Shown here: positions 40,322 to 51,853 of the stretch, in pieces
How positions within the stretch are numbered: position 1 is the first letter of the stretch
Layout of the letters: every line of letters begins with the position of its first letter
Assembly (NCBI GenBank): GCA_963783575.1
Contig: CAWAOD010000016.1
Coordinates: 253,153 to 317,152 of the forward strand
DNA length: 64,000 nucleotides
Reading direction: 5' to 3'
DNA from: an uncultured Spirochaetota bacterium
GTDB lineage: Bacteria > Spirochaetota > Brevinematia > Brevinematales > JAOACQ01
Translations under genes and position numbers: made by a program
The notes under the pieces: model-generated
The model's database searches: none
What the model saw: only the letters and a program-made list of their open reading frames with translations
What the model was told of the DNA's origin: nothing

Positions 40322-43300
40322 AATCTTTCCTCCCCTGTAATAATTTTATCAATTCATCATACCTGTAGCGTTTCGCCAATTCTTGCAGACTGGCTGAAAG
40401 GTCCGGGGAGATTCCGGAAACTTCCCCTATAATTTCCAGCAGAAGATCCAGGTCTGCCCGCAGAGCAGCTCCAAGCATTCGACCGGCAATATCATCAGGC
40501 AGCTTCGCGAGCGCTTCCTTCTCAACCCGCCTGGTAATTTCGGAAGCGCCGGCGGTATCTTTCCTGTATTTAAACCGTACTCCAAGGAATGATTGAATGA
40601 TGTCATAAATCTCATGGAATTTATAAGGCTTCCGGATGTAACCGTCCATGCCTGTTTCGAGCATCTTCTTTTTATTCTCGGAAAAAGCGGAGGCCGTAAC
40701 CGCAATAACCGGTACATGGGCGCTGTTTTCCAGGGACTTTATTTCTCTCATAGCCTCATAACCATCCATTACCGGCATTCTCATGTCCATAAATACCAGG
40801 TCTGGCCGGCTTGTTTTAACCTTTTCAACCGCTTCCCTGCCGTTAGAAGCTTCCTCGACCTCAAACCCCGTTTTTATCAGTAATTCCTTTAAAAGGGTCC
40901 TATTCGCGGGTTCGTCGTCGGCAATCAATATTTTATAAACAGGCTGGTTTTCCTCCAGGCCTGTTATACGGCTGTACCCCGCCGTTTTCTTTAATATGGG
41001 TTCCTTTCTTTCCTTGAAGTCCAGCTCCAGATGGAAAATACTTCCCTTTCCAACCTCGCTTTTTACGGTGATGTCCCCTCCCATCAACCGGGCAAACTGC
41101 CGGCTGATAGACAGTCCGAGGCCTGTCCCCCCTTTTCTGAAGCCGATGTCCGTCTGCTCAAATTTCTCAAAAATATTTTTCATATCTTCCGGGGGAATGC
41201 CGGGCCCGGTATCCTCGACCTCCGCAATCAGTCTGCATTTCCCTTTCTTTTTTCTTATAGTTTCCACACGGACGGTAATCCTTCCCTCGTCGGTAAATTT
41301 AACCGAGTTCCCGGTCAGGTTGATGAATATCTGGCGCAGTTTAATCCCGTCCAGCTCAATAAAACCGGGCAGTCCGGGATCAATTTCCATTTGTAATGCC
41401 AGATTTTTCTCAATTACCCGGGCATGGAACATTTTTTCCAGTTCACCCAGGAACCCCTTTAAATCAAAAAGATCGGGGCTGAGTGATATCCTGCCGGACT
41501 CGATCCTGGATATCTCCAGGATGTCGTTGATGAGGTTCAAAAGGTGTTCGCCCGAGCGGTTGATGGTCTGGAGCCATTCTTTCTGCTGGGCCATTAAGGA
41601 TTCATCCCTCAGCATCAGTTGTGAGAAGCCGAGGACAGCGTTCAGGGGCGTCCGGATTTCATGGACATGCTGGAAAGGAAAACAGTCTTGGCCTTGTTCG
41701 CTGCTTCGGCCTGGTCCCTGGCATGGATTAATTTCTCTTCCGATTTAGTTAGTTCGGCCGTACGCTTCTTTACTAACTCCTCCAGGTGATCACGGTACTT
41801 TACCAGCTCTTCCTCGGTATGTTTACGTTCGGTGATGTCGCGGATATTGCACTGGATCACATTCCTGTCATTCACCAGATAGATATTGCTTACAAATTCA
41901 ACCTCGATGCGCCGGCCCTCAATTGTTTCCAGCGGCAGGTCTTCATAGCGGACTAAACCTTTCCGCCGTAATTCCAGAAACTTTTTCCGGTTAGCGATGA
42001 TGTCCTTAAAGGATCCGATTTCCCAGATTGTCTTTCCCAGGAGCTGCTCGTATGTATACCCCAGAATACTTGTCAGGAACGGATTTATATCGATAATTTT
42101 CCCGGTTTCCGCATCAAGAATAATAATCCCATCCTTCGCCGACTCGAAAAGCCTGCGGTAACGTACTTCGGACGCTTTCAGAATTTGCTCCGCCCGTTTA
42201 CGCTCGGAAATGTCGCGTATGCTTCCTATTATTGATTCCGGTTGACCTTGAGCATGAAACCATATCTTTGACGACATGGAACAGGAAACCAGTGAACCGT
42301 CACGGTTTTTCACCATGATTTCATAATCCGCTATACTTCCCCGCTCCTGTAATTTTGAGAGGAATACCTGCCGGTCGCCGGCATCAGCCCATATTTCGTA
42401 TATCAAGCTTCCGATAAGATCGTCCCTGTGATACTGCCCTTTCGTTATGATCTCTATGGAAGGGCTGATCTCGATGACTATACCGTCTAAAGATACTTCA
42501 AAATACACTTCCTGGACATTCTCAAAAATGCGCCTGAATTTCGCTTCACTTTCCTGTATTGCTTTTTCCGCCTTTTTGCGCTCGGTTATGTCTCTAAAGA
42601 CACCCAGCAGGTATTTTCGGCCCGATAATATTATCAAGGCGCCGCGGACATTCGCGTAAAACACGCTCCCGTCTTTTCTTTTCATCGGAATATCCCCGGC
42701 GGGAGCAAGCCTGTCTTTCGCTTGATTTTCAATTAGCCCAGATACAAAGGGCAGATTTTCCTCGGGATGGATTTCCTCAGACGATAATTTCACCAGATCT
42801 TCAACACTGTAGCCAAGCATTTGAGCCATGCTGTTATTAGCGCTGTTGATCATCTGATTTTCCAGACTTATCAGGAGTATCCCGTCGGTCGCGTTGTCAA
42901 AAATCACCCTAAATCTTTCCTCGTTCTCCCGAAGTGCATTTTCCACCATTTTTTGTTCGGTTATATCCCAGAACAGGCCCACTATGCCGGAAGCCTTCCC
43001 CTTAGAATCATAGAGCGGCGCCTTGATGACATGGGAATAGAATTTCTCCCCGCCGAGAGGCTGGTGAATCTCATCCGTATCCACTATCTGCCCGGTTTCC
43101 ATAATTATCCGGTCGTCACTTTGATACTTCTCGGCCAATTCCGGCGGATGCATATCAAAATCCGTTTTGCCCAGGATATCCCCGAGGGTTTTTCCTTCCG
43201 CGGCGCAATAGCGTTTATTAGCGAAAGTGAACCTTCCCTGCTTGTCTTTGCTGAAAACATTCTGTGGCAGGCTTTCAACGAGAGAATGGAAAAGCGCCCT

Positions 43301-45183
43301 GGATTGATGCAGTTCCTCCTCCGCCCGCTTGCGTTCGGTGATGTCATGGACTGTACCGACAAGATACGTACAGCGCCCTTTTTCATTAATGACAGGGGCA
43401 ATACTTACATCGCCTATTAATCGTCCGGTTGGGTAATTGGAAGTCTCTTCCCACCGGATTATTGAATTCTCCTTTATTGCTAATCCATATTTTTCAAGGA
43501 CCATTGAAAGTGTTGGTTCGGGTATAACTTCGTTTACCAATTTCCCTACTATCATATCCTCACACAATCCCGTAACATTACAGAAAGCCTGGTTTACCGA
43601 AATAAAGCGGTAAATCCCATCACCCTCGACCGCCAGATGAAAAATTATATCCCCGACAGTATCGTATATGGAGGAAAGACGGCGTTCGCTTTCCATCAGG
43701 GCTTCTTCAGCCGCATTCCGTTTTTCTTCCATTTCTATTACCTCAAGCGCGTAGGAGATATCGCCGGTAACTTCTTCGAGAAGTTTTATTTCCTGTATGT
43801 TGAAGAAATCGGCCTCGGCTGTGTAGATGATAAAAGCCCCGATCGCATTACCATGCGTTTTGACCGGCAGGGCAATTAACGAGCGGTATCCGCGCTTTAA
43901 GGCCTCATCCCGCCATGAGCCATGCGGGGATCATCAGCAATATTATTGCAGTATATGGATTTTCCTTCCCGTATTGACAATCCCGTTATCCCTTGTCCTT
44001 CCGGTACATCAAGTATGGAGATTTTTTTCATGACCGCCAGAAAACCTTCCTCCGCACCATACCAATCCGCGGGTTTGACTATTTTATCTTCTTCATTAAC
44101 CATACCGATCCATGCCATCCGGAATTTACCGTACTCCACGGCGATACGGCATGCATCAGCAAATAATTTATCCCGGTCACGGGTCCGGATGATCATCTGA
44201 TTGATCTGGCTGATGACTGCGTATACCCGGTTGGCATTGACCAGCTCTTCTTCCGCCCGTTTTTTCTCGGTGATGTCGCGGGCTATCGTTAATATGGATT
44301 TCACGCTTCCGTCATCGCCGAACTCAGGTGCCGACAGGGAAGATAAATACCTGACGCCTCCCGGCGATGGAAACTCCAGCTCAATAGTCCGCGGTTCGGC
44401 GGTTTGAAACACAACACGTATCTCGCGGTTCCAGGCCACGGCGCTTTCTGCCGGCATACCAAGCTCCTCGTTGGTTTTCCCCAGAAAAGCTTCCGGCGGC
44501 AGACCGGATAACTTTGTAACCGCTTGATTAACGTAAATAAACCGCAAATCGCCGTCGAACCGAAAGATAATATCGGGAAGGTTTTCCGTAAGGGTCCTGT
44601 ATTTGTACTCGCTCTCGCGCAGGGATTTCTCAATTCTTATCCGTTTCTCAATTTCCATCACAAGCTCGGCATTACGCATCCTCTGCTCTTTTTCCGCCTT
44701 CTCAGCCTGCAGCATTTTATCTTCAAGCTTTCTCACAAGCGCTTCATTATATTCCTTCAATACAACCGTTTCCGGCAATTGGGCGGTCTCTTTGACCTGG
44801 ATTTTATTTCCTTTCACTTCTTCCAGGATGTTATAAATGATTTTCAAGAAATCATCCGGTTCCTGAGGTTTCAGTATGAAGCGGTCTGCGCCGAGACTGA
44901 GCGCGAACTCTTCATCCCTGGGATCGGTATAGGTGGCGGTATAAAAAACAAAAGGTATGTCTTTTAGCGCTGCGTCTTTTTTACATTCGCGGCAGAACAT
45001 GTATCCATCCATAATAGGCATTAATATATCCGATATAATCAGATCGGGATGATTCTTCCGCGCCGAAGACAGAGCTTCGATGCCATTTCCCGCGGAGAAG
45101 GTTTGAAATTCTTCCGGATCAAACAATGATTGCAGGAGATAAAGGTTGTCCATTTTATCGTCGACGATCAGTATTTTAATCAT
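40314..45183 (-). CDS. Giant hybrid kinase REC-PAS-GAF-multiPAS-HisKA-HATPase-REC (~1620 aa), two -1 frameshifts (near 43917 and 41663)
   Basis: Restoring one C at each site gives MAPWRDEALKRGYRS (GAF) and SMSHEIRTPLNAVLG (H-box). This joins ORFs 43897-45183, 41642-43732 and 40314-41615. Confidence 0.85.
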
Positions 45184-45575
45184 GACCGGTCCCCCTTCAT
45201 TAATAACTCAGGCGGAAAATATGCTTCCATTTGAGAAATAAAGGTATCCGGATCGACCGGCTTTTCAATGTAGCCGGTGGCGCCCGCCTCATATGCCTTT
45301 TCCTTATCTCCCGGCATAGCGTAAGATGTAACGGCGATGATGGGCGTATACTTCAAGTCGCCGTTTTTTCTTAATTCCCGCGCGACCGAATAGCCGTCCA
45401 TCCCCGGCAATTGGATATCGAGAAGTATGGCGTCGGGCAGAATATCTTTCGCGGCGGCTATTCCTCCGGTTCCGTTAAAAAATTGAAAGACCTCATAATT
45501 ATTGCTTTCAAGCAGGTAGGTAAGCATATACATGTTCTGCTCATTGTCCTCAATAATTAATATTTTAGGTTTCAT
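45180..45575 (-). CDS. Single-domain response regulator (CheY/DivK-like)
   Basis: IIEDN, LLDIQLP, AVTS and YIEKP motifs. Confidence 0.92.
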   Translation of the reverse strand: MKPKILIIEDNEQNMYMLTYLLESNNYEVFQFFNGTGGIAAAKDILPDAILLDIQLPGMDGYSVARELRKNGDLKYTPIIAVTSYAMPGDKEKAYEAGATGYIEKPVDPDTFISQMEAYFPPELLMKGDRS

Positions 45576-47278
45576 AGATTAGCTCCCCGTAATGGAAGCG
45601 TTACCTTAAAAATGCTTCCCGCGCCGAATTCGGATTCCACATCGATCGAACCACAAAGTAGTTCCAGTAGTTTTTTACAAATAGATAATCCAAGCCCGGT
45701 TCCTTCTTGTTTCCGGCTAAGCCCTGTGTCGATTTGAATGAACGGCTTAAAAAGCCGGCCGATCTGTTCCTTTTCGACGCCGATCCCGGTATCAATCACT
45801 TTTATTGAAACAGAATCATTTATTAATGCACATTCTATCGTTATTGATCCGGTATCCGTAAACTTTATTGAATTATTCACTAAATTCAGCAGAATTTGCT
45901 GGACCCTGAGTTTATCGCTTTGTATGGTTTTGACATCTGATGCAATGGAAATATTTATTTGAAGATTTTTCTTTTGGGCAAGGGGTTTAGTCATTTCAAC
46001 GACCTTATGAATGACATCAGGAAGATCAAATGTCTCAGTCTGTACTTTTAACTGGCCCGCTTCTATTTTTGATATATCCAGAATGTCGTTTATCAATGAA
46101 AGAAGATGGCGCGAGCTTTTCTGCACCATCCCGAGTTGTTTTTTCTGTTCTTCGTTGAGCGGGCCTGGGCGTTCCTGCAGGAGTATACCGGTAAAACCAA
46201 TAATGGAATTAAGAGGTGTCCGTAATTCATGGGACATTGTAGCCAGGAAAGCTGATTTTAATCTGTCGGCTGATTCGGCGCTTTCCTTTGCTATTGTCAG
46301 TTCTTCGAGAGTTTGTTTCAGAAGATCCTCAGCGTTCTTGCGGCCCGTAATATCGTTGCCAACAGAGAGAATCTCGATAAATTCGCCCTGTTCATTTGTA
46401 ATAGGCCTGTTCGTCCAGGAAACCCAAACCTTCTCTTTGTTTTTTTTGATATTCTCATTCTCACTCAGTGCAAAGAGATTTGGATTTACAAAAATTTCTT
46501 TTATCATGGAAGCAAGGTCTCGACCGGATGAATCTATTTCAGGGACAATGGTACCCATAATGCTCTTTCCAATTATCTCTTTTTCAGAGTAGCCGAAAAA
46601 CCTCTGTGCATATTTGTTAATGAATGTGATATTGCCGGCTTTTGTCCAGCTGAGTATAATGCTGTTTGCATTCTCTACAAGATCATGATATTTCGCTTCA
46701 CTATGAAACAAAGCTTTAATAATTTTTGTCTGATTTATCAATAATAAGCCGATCAGAATCATCGTAGCAGTAATTATTACAATCGTAGAAACAATAATAA
46801 ATTTTAAAAACTCAATCTGCTTTGTTTGAGTCAATAACAGGTTGACAATTTTATTATTTAAGTCTAAGTTTAATGTTTTTAATGAGATATAAGTCTCATT
46901 CAACCTTGAATATATAGAATATAACTTTATTTTGTTATAACCGTCCTTTGAATTAATATAATTTTCAAGATTTGATAACTCAAATTCTATTTCATTAATG
47001 ATCACTAAGTATTCTTTTTTATCGAATCCAGGAATATTATTTTTAAAATTCTTATTCAAACTATAACATAAATCTATATCTATTATAGTTTGTTTAACCT
47101 GATCGGAAGAAAATTTATTTATTAATAATTCAAGATTATTATTAAGTCTTCCAATCCCATCTAATAATGCATTTATTCCTTTATGCTGTTCAAGCGAAGA
47201 AACAGGTAATTCTTCTTTTATTGAAGTTAATGAACTTAATACATAGATGTTTGCAATTAAAAAGCACAAAATTATCAC
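45572..47278 (-). CDS. Membrane sensor histidine kinase (periplasmic-PAS-HisKA-HATPase); start may lie further upstream
   Basis: MSHELRTPLNS, NLVNNSIKFT, DTGIG and GTGLGL motifs; two TM segments. Confidence 0.9.
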   Translation of the reverse strand: MIILCFLIANIYVLSSLTSIKEELPVSSLEQHKGINALLDGIGRLNNNLELLINKFSSDQVKQTIIDIDLCYSLNKNFKNNIPGFDKKEYLVIINEIEFELSNLENYINSKDGYNKIKLYSIYSRLNETYISLKTLNLDLNNKIVNLLLTQTKQIEFLKFIIVSTIVIITATMILIGLLLINQTKIIKALFHSEAKYHDLVENANSIILSWTKAGNITFINKYAQRFFGYSEKEIIGKSIMGTIVPEIDSSGRDLASMIKEIFVNPNLFALSENENIKKNKEKVWVSWTNRPITNEQGEFIEILSVGNDITGRKNAEDLLKQTLEELTIAKESAESADRLKSAFLATMSHELRTPLNSIIGFTGILLQERPGPLNEEQKKQLGMVQKSSRHLLSLINDILDISKIEAGQLKVQTETFDLPDVIHKVVEMTKPLAQKKNLQINISIASDVKTIQSDKLRVQQILLNLVNNSIKFTDTGSITIECALINDSVSIKVIDTGIGVEKEQIGRLFKPFIQIDTGLSRKQEGTGLGLSICKKLLELLCGSIDVESEFGAGSIFKVTLPLRGANL

Positions 47279-47335
47279 TACATAGATTAAATAAGAAATT
47301 TTAAAAAATATTTTTTGTTTTATAATATGCTCCTT

Positions 47336-48610
47336 TCATTTTAAATAAGTTGAATCTGGAGGCAAAATTTTGGCATGCGTTTCTTCAAATATTTTTTTAA
47401 TTTCAGCTTCTCCATATTTTAATTCCTCATCAATGTTTTTATCTCTTAATATAATTTGAGAAAAAGCTTTTAAATAAATCAGATCGAAATCTTTTGATTT
47501 GTCACCAAAAAATGACGGGATTACCGAAATAATGCCGTTTTTACTGTTTGATTGAGTATTTATGGCTTTATACAATTCAATAATATTCTTATCAATATCA
47601 TTATTTTTATCTATATCGCCAATATCTAAAACCGGGAAAAAACCGGTATTATTTGCAGTTAAAACTTGAGTTTTCTTGCTTATAATATATTTCATAAAAT
47701 CTAATATTTTAGAATTATATTTTTGATTTTTAGATATTCCGATCCCAGCAAGAACAGTTATAAAACCCCTTCCTTTTGGACCAACAGGAGACGGGAATGC
47801 AATAAAATCTTTTGGTTTTTCTTTAAATGTATTAATTAATCTTGCGCTATGATCCCATGCAATCCAGATATCTTCATTCAGTAAAGGGCCATCCATTTTA
47901 TCATATATTAAAGAATCATTATTAACATACTTCCATAGATTTTTAATATCCTGCCACATAACTTTTGCATCAGTGGAGTTAAAATTGATTGTCATTGTTT
48001 TTGTGTATGAAGGATATATATATCCCTCTAAGAATCTATGCATAAGTCCGCTTCGCCCTACAGGAAAACCAATCATGTTCTTTTTTGTGGCTTTATAGAT
48101 ATTTTTACCCCATTCAATTAAATCAGTATAACTTATATTATTTATATCAGCTTTTTCCGGAAGGTATTTTAACGCCTTTTTATTTGCAACCATAATAAAT
48201 GTCGCCTGCATCCATGGAAGAAAATAATAATTTTTACCATCAAGTTTTGACATTTCAATATATCTTTTATTTATACCGCTCTCATTCAAATTTTTAACAT
48301 ATTCATTTATATTACCTATAAGATTTTTATTATTAAGATTAATATAATCTCCATAAACTCCACCTAAAATATCCGGCGGCTGCTTTACATTATCAGATTT
48401 AACAATGTAGTCAAATATTTCTCTGTCTTCATATGATTGGAAATTCACAGGATACTTATAATTTTTAAGAATTATATCTCGCATCATTGTCGCTTCTTCA
48501 ATGGGATTTAACTGTGTGGATAAAAACAGTAAAGGTTTATCTTCACTAAATAATAATATTGGAATTAATAAGTTAATTAAGAAAATTACTCTGCTGTAAA
48601 TATGTTTCAT
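47336..48610 (-). CDS. Extracellular solute-binding protein (sugar ABC family 1-like)
   Basis: Signal peptide; FLSTQL.P.EEA, LPWMQAT and PSPVGPKGRG pattern. Confidence 0.8.
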   Translation of the reverse strand: MKHIYSRVIFLINLLIPILLFSEDKPLLFLSTQLNPIEEATMMRDIILKNYKYPVNFQSYEDREIFDYIVKSDNVKQPPDILGGVYGDYINLNNKNLIGNINEYVKNLNESGINKRYIEMSKLDGKNYYFLPWMQATFIMVANKKALKYLPEKADINNISYTDLIEWGKNIYKATKKNMIGFPVGRSGLMHRFLEGYIYPSYTKTMTINFNSTDAKVMWQDIKNLWKYVNNDSLIYDKMDGPLLNEDIWIAWDHSARLINTFKEKPKDFIAFPSPVGPKGRGFITVLAGIGISKNQKYNSKILDFMKYIISKKTQVLTANNTGFFPVLDIGDIDKNNDIDKNIIELYKAINTQSNSKNGIISVIPSFFGDKSKDFDLIYLKAFSQIILRDKNIDEELKYGEAEIKKIFEETHAKILPPDSTYLK

Positions 48611-48667
48611 AAACTTTCCTCTATCATTAATAATTGATTTTGTCCTTTGTAAAATATACTAAATACA

Positions 48668-49159
48668 CTATTGATTATCGCGAGACCTGACAGTAAGAGC
48701 AAAATCCATTATTGATATTTCATATATCGGCTTTGTTTTATTTATTTCCCCTTCTCTGCCCGGCTTATATCCAGTGAAGTCAAAGGCATAGATGTTAACC
48801 CGGTTTGTGCTTTCAATAAAAACGAAGAATTGTAAGAAACATGAATCGTTTACGCAGATTTCCCTCTTTATCGTTTCTTTATCATTATTTTTAATATCAT
48901 GAAATATTTGTTTGATATTTTTAAAGAACGGATGATCGATACCCTGTTTTTGTATACTTTTTAGATAGGTTTTGGCAGCAGGATTGATATAGCGGATATT
49001 AAAATCAAGATTCATTTCAATAACCGGGTTCGGATTGGATTCCAGAAATAAATACATTGTATTAATTTCATTTTTAATCTTAGAATTCTTTCCGGTAAAG
49101 ACAGAATTTTGAACAGCTCCACCTTTTTTATCTGTGCTTTTCATTATAATTTTTTTCAT
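48668..49159 (-). CDS. Small PAS-like domain protein or fragment
   Basis: ESNPNPVIE...IRYINPAA PAS-type start. Confidence 0.55.
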   Translation of the reverse strand: MKKIIMKSTDKKGGAVQNSVFTGKNSKIKNEINTMYLFLESNPNPVIEMNLDFNIRYINPAAKTYLKSIQKQGIDHPFFKNIKQIFHDIKNNDKETIKREICVNDSCFLQFFVFIESTNRVNIYAFDFTGYKPGREGEINKTKPIYEISIMDFALTVRSRDNQ

Positions 49160-49758
49160 ATAAAGCCCTCTTTATTGAAAAAAGTGTATTATTAATAAAG
49201 CTTTAATTGTGATATTTTAAATCTATAATAATACTCCTGGAAAAAGTTTTTTATTCTGAGCGTTTAATAACTGTAATAATACCGGTTGAGTAAAAAATAG
49301 TGATTAAAATACATCCAGGCGGTATAAGTATAAAATATTTTGATGAATAAAAAATGCCTTGGGGTTCAGATTAAAATCCGGGATTGCTTTGTATACAATA
49401 GAGGTAAATCAAGAGATGATACGATGAATTACATACAATCTATTTTTAACTTTCTTGAAAACATGAAATTTTTTAATAACTGTTAATTACAACAATTTAA
49501 TTTATAAGAAAAATCTTATTTTTAATAATATAATTCAAATTAAAAACAATGTCAATAGTTATACGGTTTTATTAATTAATTTATTTTTATAATATATCCA
49601 TTGTTATTTATTGCTTCATGTTAAAAAAAGCTCGGTAGGTATCGTTAATGACATCATATCTTGAATTTAATTTCTATTAAACCTTTTTGAAAAGAAGGCG
49701 GCATTTGAAAAATTCAACTCTTGAATGGCACAAAATAAAAATATTTTTTATAAAACTC

Positions 49759-49813
49759 TTGACTTCTTATAAAAGATGGTGTACTATATTAGTGTACTAG
49801 ATTAATAGTACAC
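49759..49813 (+). promoter_or_regulatory. Promoter and YtrA/GntR-type operator
   Basis: TTGACT-17bp-TACTAT; GTGTACTA occurs twice (49779, 49792) with the inverted TAGTACAC at 49806. Confidence 0.78.
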
Positions 49814-49829
49814 TAATCTGGAGGTAAAC

Positions 49830-50699
49830 ATGGTCTCAGTAAAGAACCTTTCTTTTTCTTACGGGAACCGGAAGAAATTGTTCTCGGGCCTGAATCTTGA
49901 GCTTAAGTCCGGTAATATTTACGGGCTGTTGGGGAAAAATGGGGTAGGGAAGACAACGCTCCTGAAAATTATCTCCGGGCTTCTTTTCCCGCAATCCGGC
50001 GAATGCAGGGTTCTTGGGATAAAATCAAAAGACCGCAGCGTATCGGTATTAAGCGATATTTATTATATTCCCGAAGAATTTAATACGCCGCCTGTAACAA
50101 TAAGCCAGTATGAATTTCTTCAGTCCCCGTTTTACACGAAGTTTGATCATAAAATGTTTTCCAGTCTGATTGATGAATTCGGCCTTTCTCGAGGTGACCT
50201 TCTTACATCATTCTCTTACGGACAGAAAAAGAAATTCCTGCTTGCATTCGGAGCTTCTACTAACAGCAGGCTTTTTATCCTTGACGAGCCGACCAATGGG
50301 CTTGACATTCCCTCAAAGAGCCAGTTCAGGAAGCTGATAGCTTCATCAATATCCGAGGAAAGGGTTTTTATTATTTCAACTCATCAGGTACGGGATATGG
50401 AAAATCTCATCGATCCGATTATTATTCTGGATAACGGCAAAATCATCTTCAACCAGCCCATGGAAAATATTTCAAGGCATCTGGAGATAAGCATCCGCCA
50501 GGATTTCGGTAATAAAAAAGAGTACAATGACGAAAACAGTATTTATTCAGAAAGGATTCCCGGCGGTTTGTGCGTATTATCGGAAAACATAAATAATTCG
50601 GATTCAAGAATCGATATCGAGATACTTTTCAACGCGGTCATTTCGAACCGTGAAAAAATAAATACAATTTTTAAAACGGGGGATATCAATGAATATTAA
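49830..50699 (+). CDS. ABC transporter ATP-binding protein
   Basis: GKNGVGKT, FSYGQKKK and LDEPTNGLD motifs. Confidence 0.92.
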   Translation: MVSVKNLSFSYGNRKKLFSGLNLELKSGNIYGLLGKNGVGKTTLLKIISGLLFPQSGECRVLGIKSKDRSVSVLSDIYYIPEEFNTPPVTISQYEFLQSPFYTKFDHKMFSSLIDEFGLSRGDLLTSFSYGQKKKFLLAFGASTNSRLFILDEPTNGLDIPSKSQFRKLIASSISEERVFIISTHQVRDMENLIDPIIILDNGKIIFNQPMENISRHLEISIRQDFGNKKEYNDENSIYSERIPGGLCVLSENINNSDSRIDIEILFNAVISNREKINTIFKTGDINEY

Positions 50700-51468
50700 T
50701 TCGATTTTGAATTTTAATAGAATATTTTATCTTATCAGAAACGAGGTTTTTTCAAATTACAGGAAAATATTGACTATATTCGGCGCACTTGCAGCAATAT
50801 TATTTGTTATAATGATTTTCAACAGATTTTTCCAATCAACTGCGGATATATACACAGGCTGGTTCGGGAATGTGCTTATTATCGGCGGCTTAATTTATGC
50901 AAGCAGTATGTTCAGTGATCTGCATCATCCGCAGAAAGGCATCCAATACATCATGCTGCCAGCGTCTATGGAGGAAAAATTACTGTCAAAGCTCATCATG
51001 GGTACAATCGGTTACACTCTGACAGTAATTGTATTTTTTTATTTATTCTCATTAATAATGTCCTGTTTTAGCCTGCTTATTTCAGGTCATGTAACCGCAT
51101 TATTTAATCCTTTAGTTAGTAATGTGGGCTGGGAAATACTTAATTTTATTGTTATCCAGTCGGTATTTATGCTGGGATCGGTTTATTTTAAACGCTCTCC
51201 CTTTTTCAAGACCATATTGGCGTTGTTTGTGTTCTTTTTTCTGGCAAGTATTTGCGGAATTCTTATAATCAGATTGGTTTACCATGATTTTTTCGGCAAA
51301 TTCATTAACGGCGGTAGCATGAACCTGAATATTCCGGATATTACAGGCTACATCAATAACAGTTTTGCTAGGAATATTCCGGGTATAGCAAAAATATTAT
51401 ACTGGTTTGTTATGGCTCCTGTATTCTGGGTAGTGAGTTACTTCAGGCTGAAAGAAACGGAGGTTTGA
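50689..51468 (+). CDS. ABC-2-type membrane permease
   Basis: About 6 TM segments, MLPAS.EEK motif, operon context. Confidence 0.78.
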   Translation: MNINSILNFNRIFYLIRNEVFSNYRKILTIFGALAAILFVIMIFNRFFQSTADIYTGWFGNVLIIGGLIYASSMFSDLHHPQKGIQYIMLPASMEEKLLSKLIMGTIGYTLTVIVFFYLFSLIMSCFSLLISGHVTALFNPLVSNVGWEILNFIVIQSVFMLGSVYFKRSPFFKTILALFVFFFLASICGILIIRLVYHDFFGKFINGGSMNLNIPDITGYINNSFARNIPGIAKILYWFVMAPVFWVVSYFRLKETEV

Positions 51469-51469
51469 T

Positions 51470-51853
51470 ATGGAATTCCGGAACCGCCAGTCTATCTACC
51501 TTCAGATTGGGGATTATATATGCGAGAATATACTTCTGAAAAAGTGGAAGGAGGGAGAAAAGATTCCTTCAGTCCGGGATATGGCTGTGATTATTGAAGT
51601 TAATCCCAATACAGTGATGCGCACATACACATATCTGCAGGAAAAAGGCATTATCAACAATCAGCGTGGAATCGGATATTTTATAGGTGATGACTCCTAT
51701 GAAAATACCCTGAAATTCAAAAAACAGGAATTTATTGACAATGAACTGGATAGGCTGTTTAAAGATATGGAACTTCTGGGAATATCGCTGGAGGAAATCA
51801 CAACGTTTTATAAATACTATAAAAACAAAAATAAAGAGGAGAAATCAAAATGA
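51470..51853 (+). CDS. GntR-family (YtrA-like) regulator
   Basis: IYLQI, IPSVRDMA..VNPNTV.R.Y and RGIG motifs. Confidence 0.92.
   Translation: MEFRNRQSIYLQIGDYICENILLKKWKEGEKIPSVRDMAVIIEVNPNTVMRTYTYLQEKGIINNQRGIGYFIGDDSYENTLKFKKQEFIDNELDRLFKDMELLGISLEEITTFYKYYKNKNKEEKSK

Noticed and set aside
40996..41748. 250-aa plus-strand ORF and other antisense ORFs over kinase, ABC and cys genes
   Set aside because: Shadow ORFs opposite well-supported genes.
49160..49740. Long AT-rich intergenic region as an ncRNA or c-di-GMP riboswitch
   Set aside because: No recognisable consensus or convincing stems by eye.
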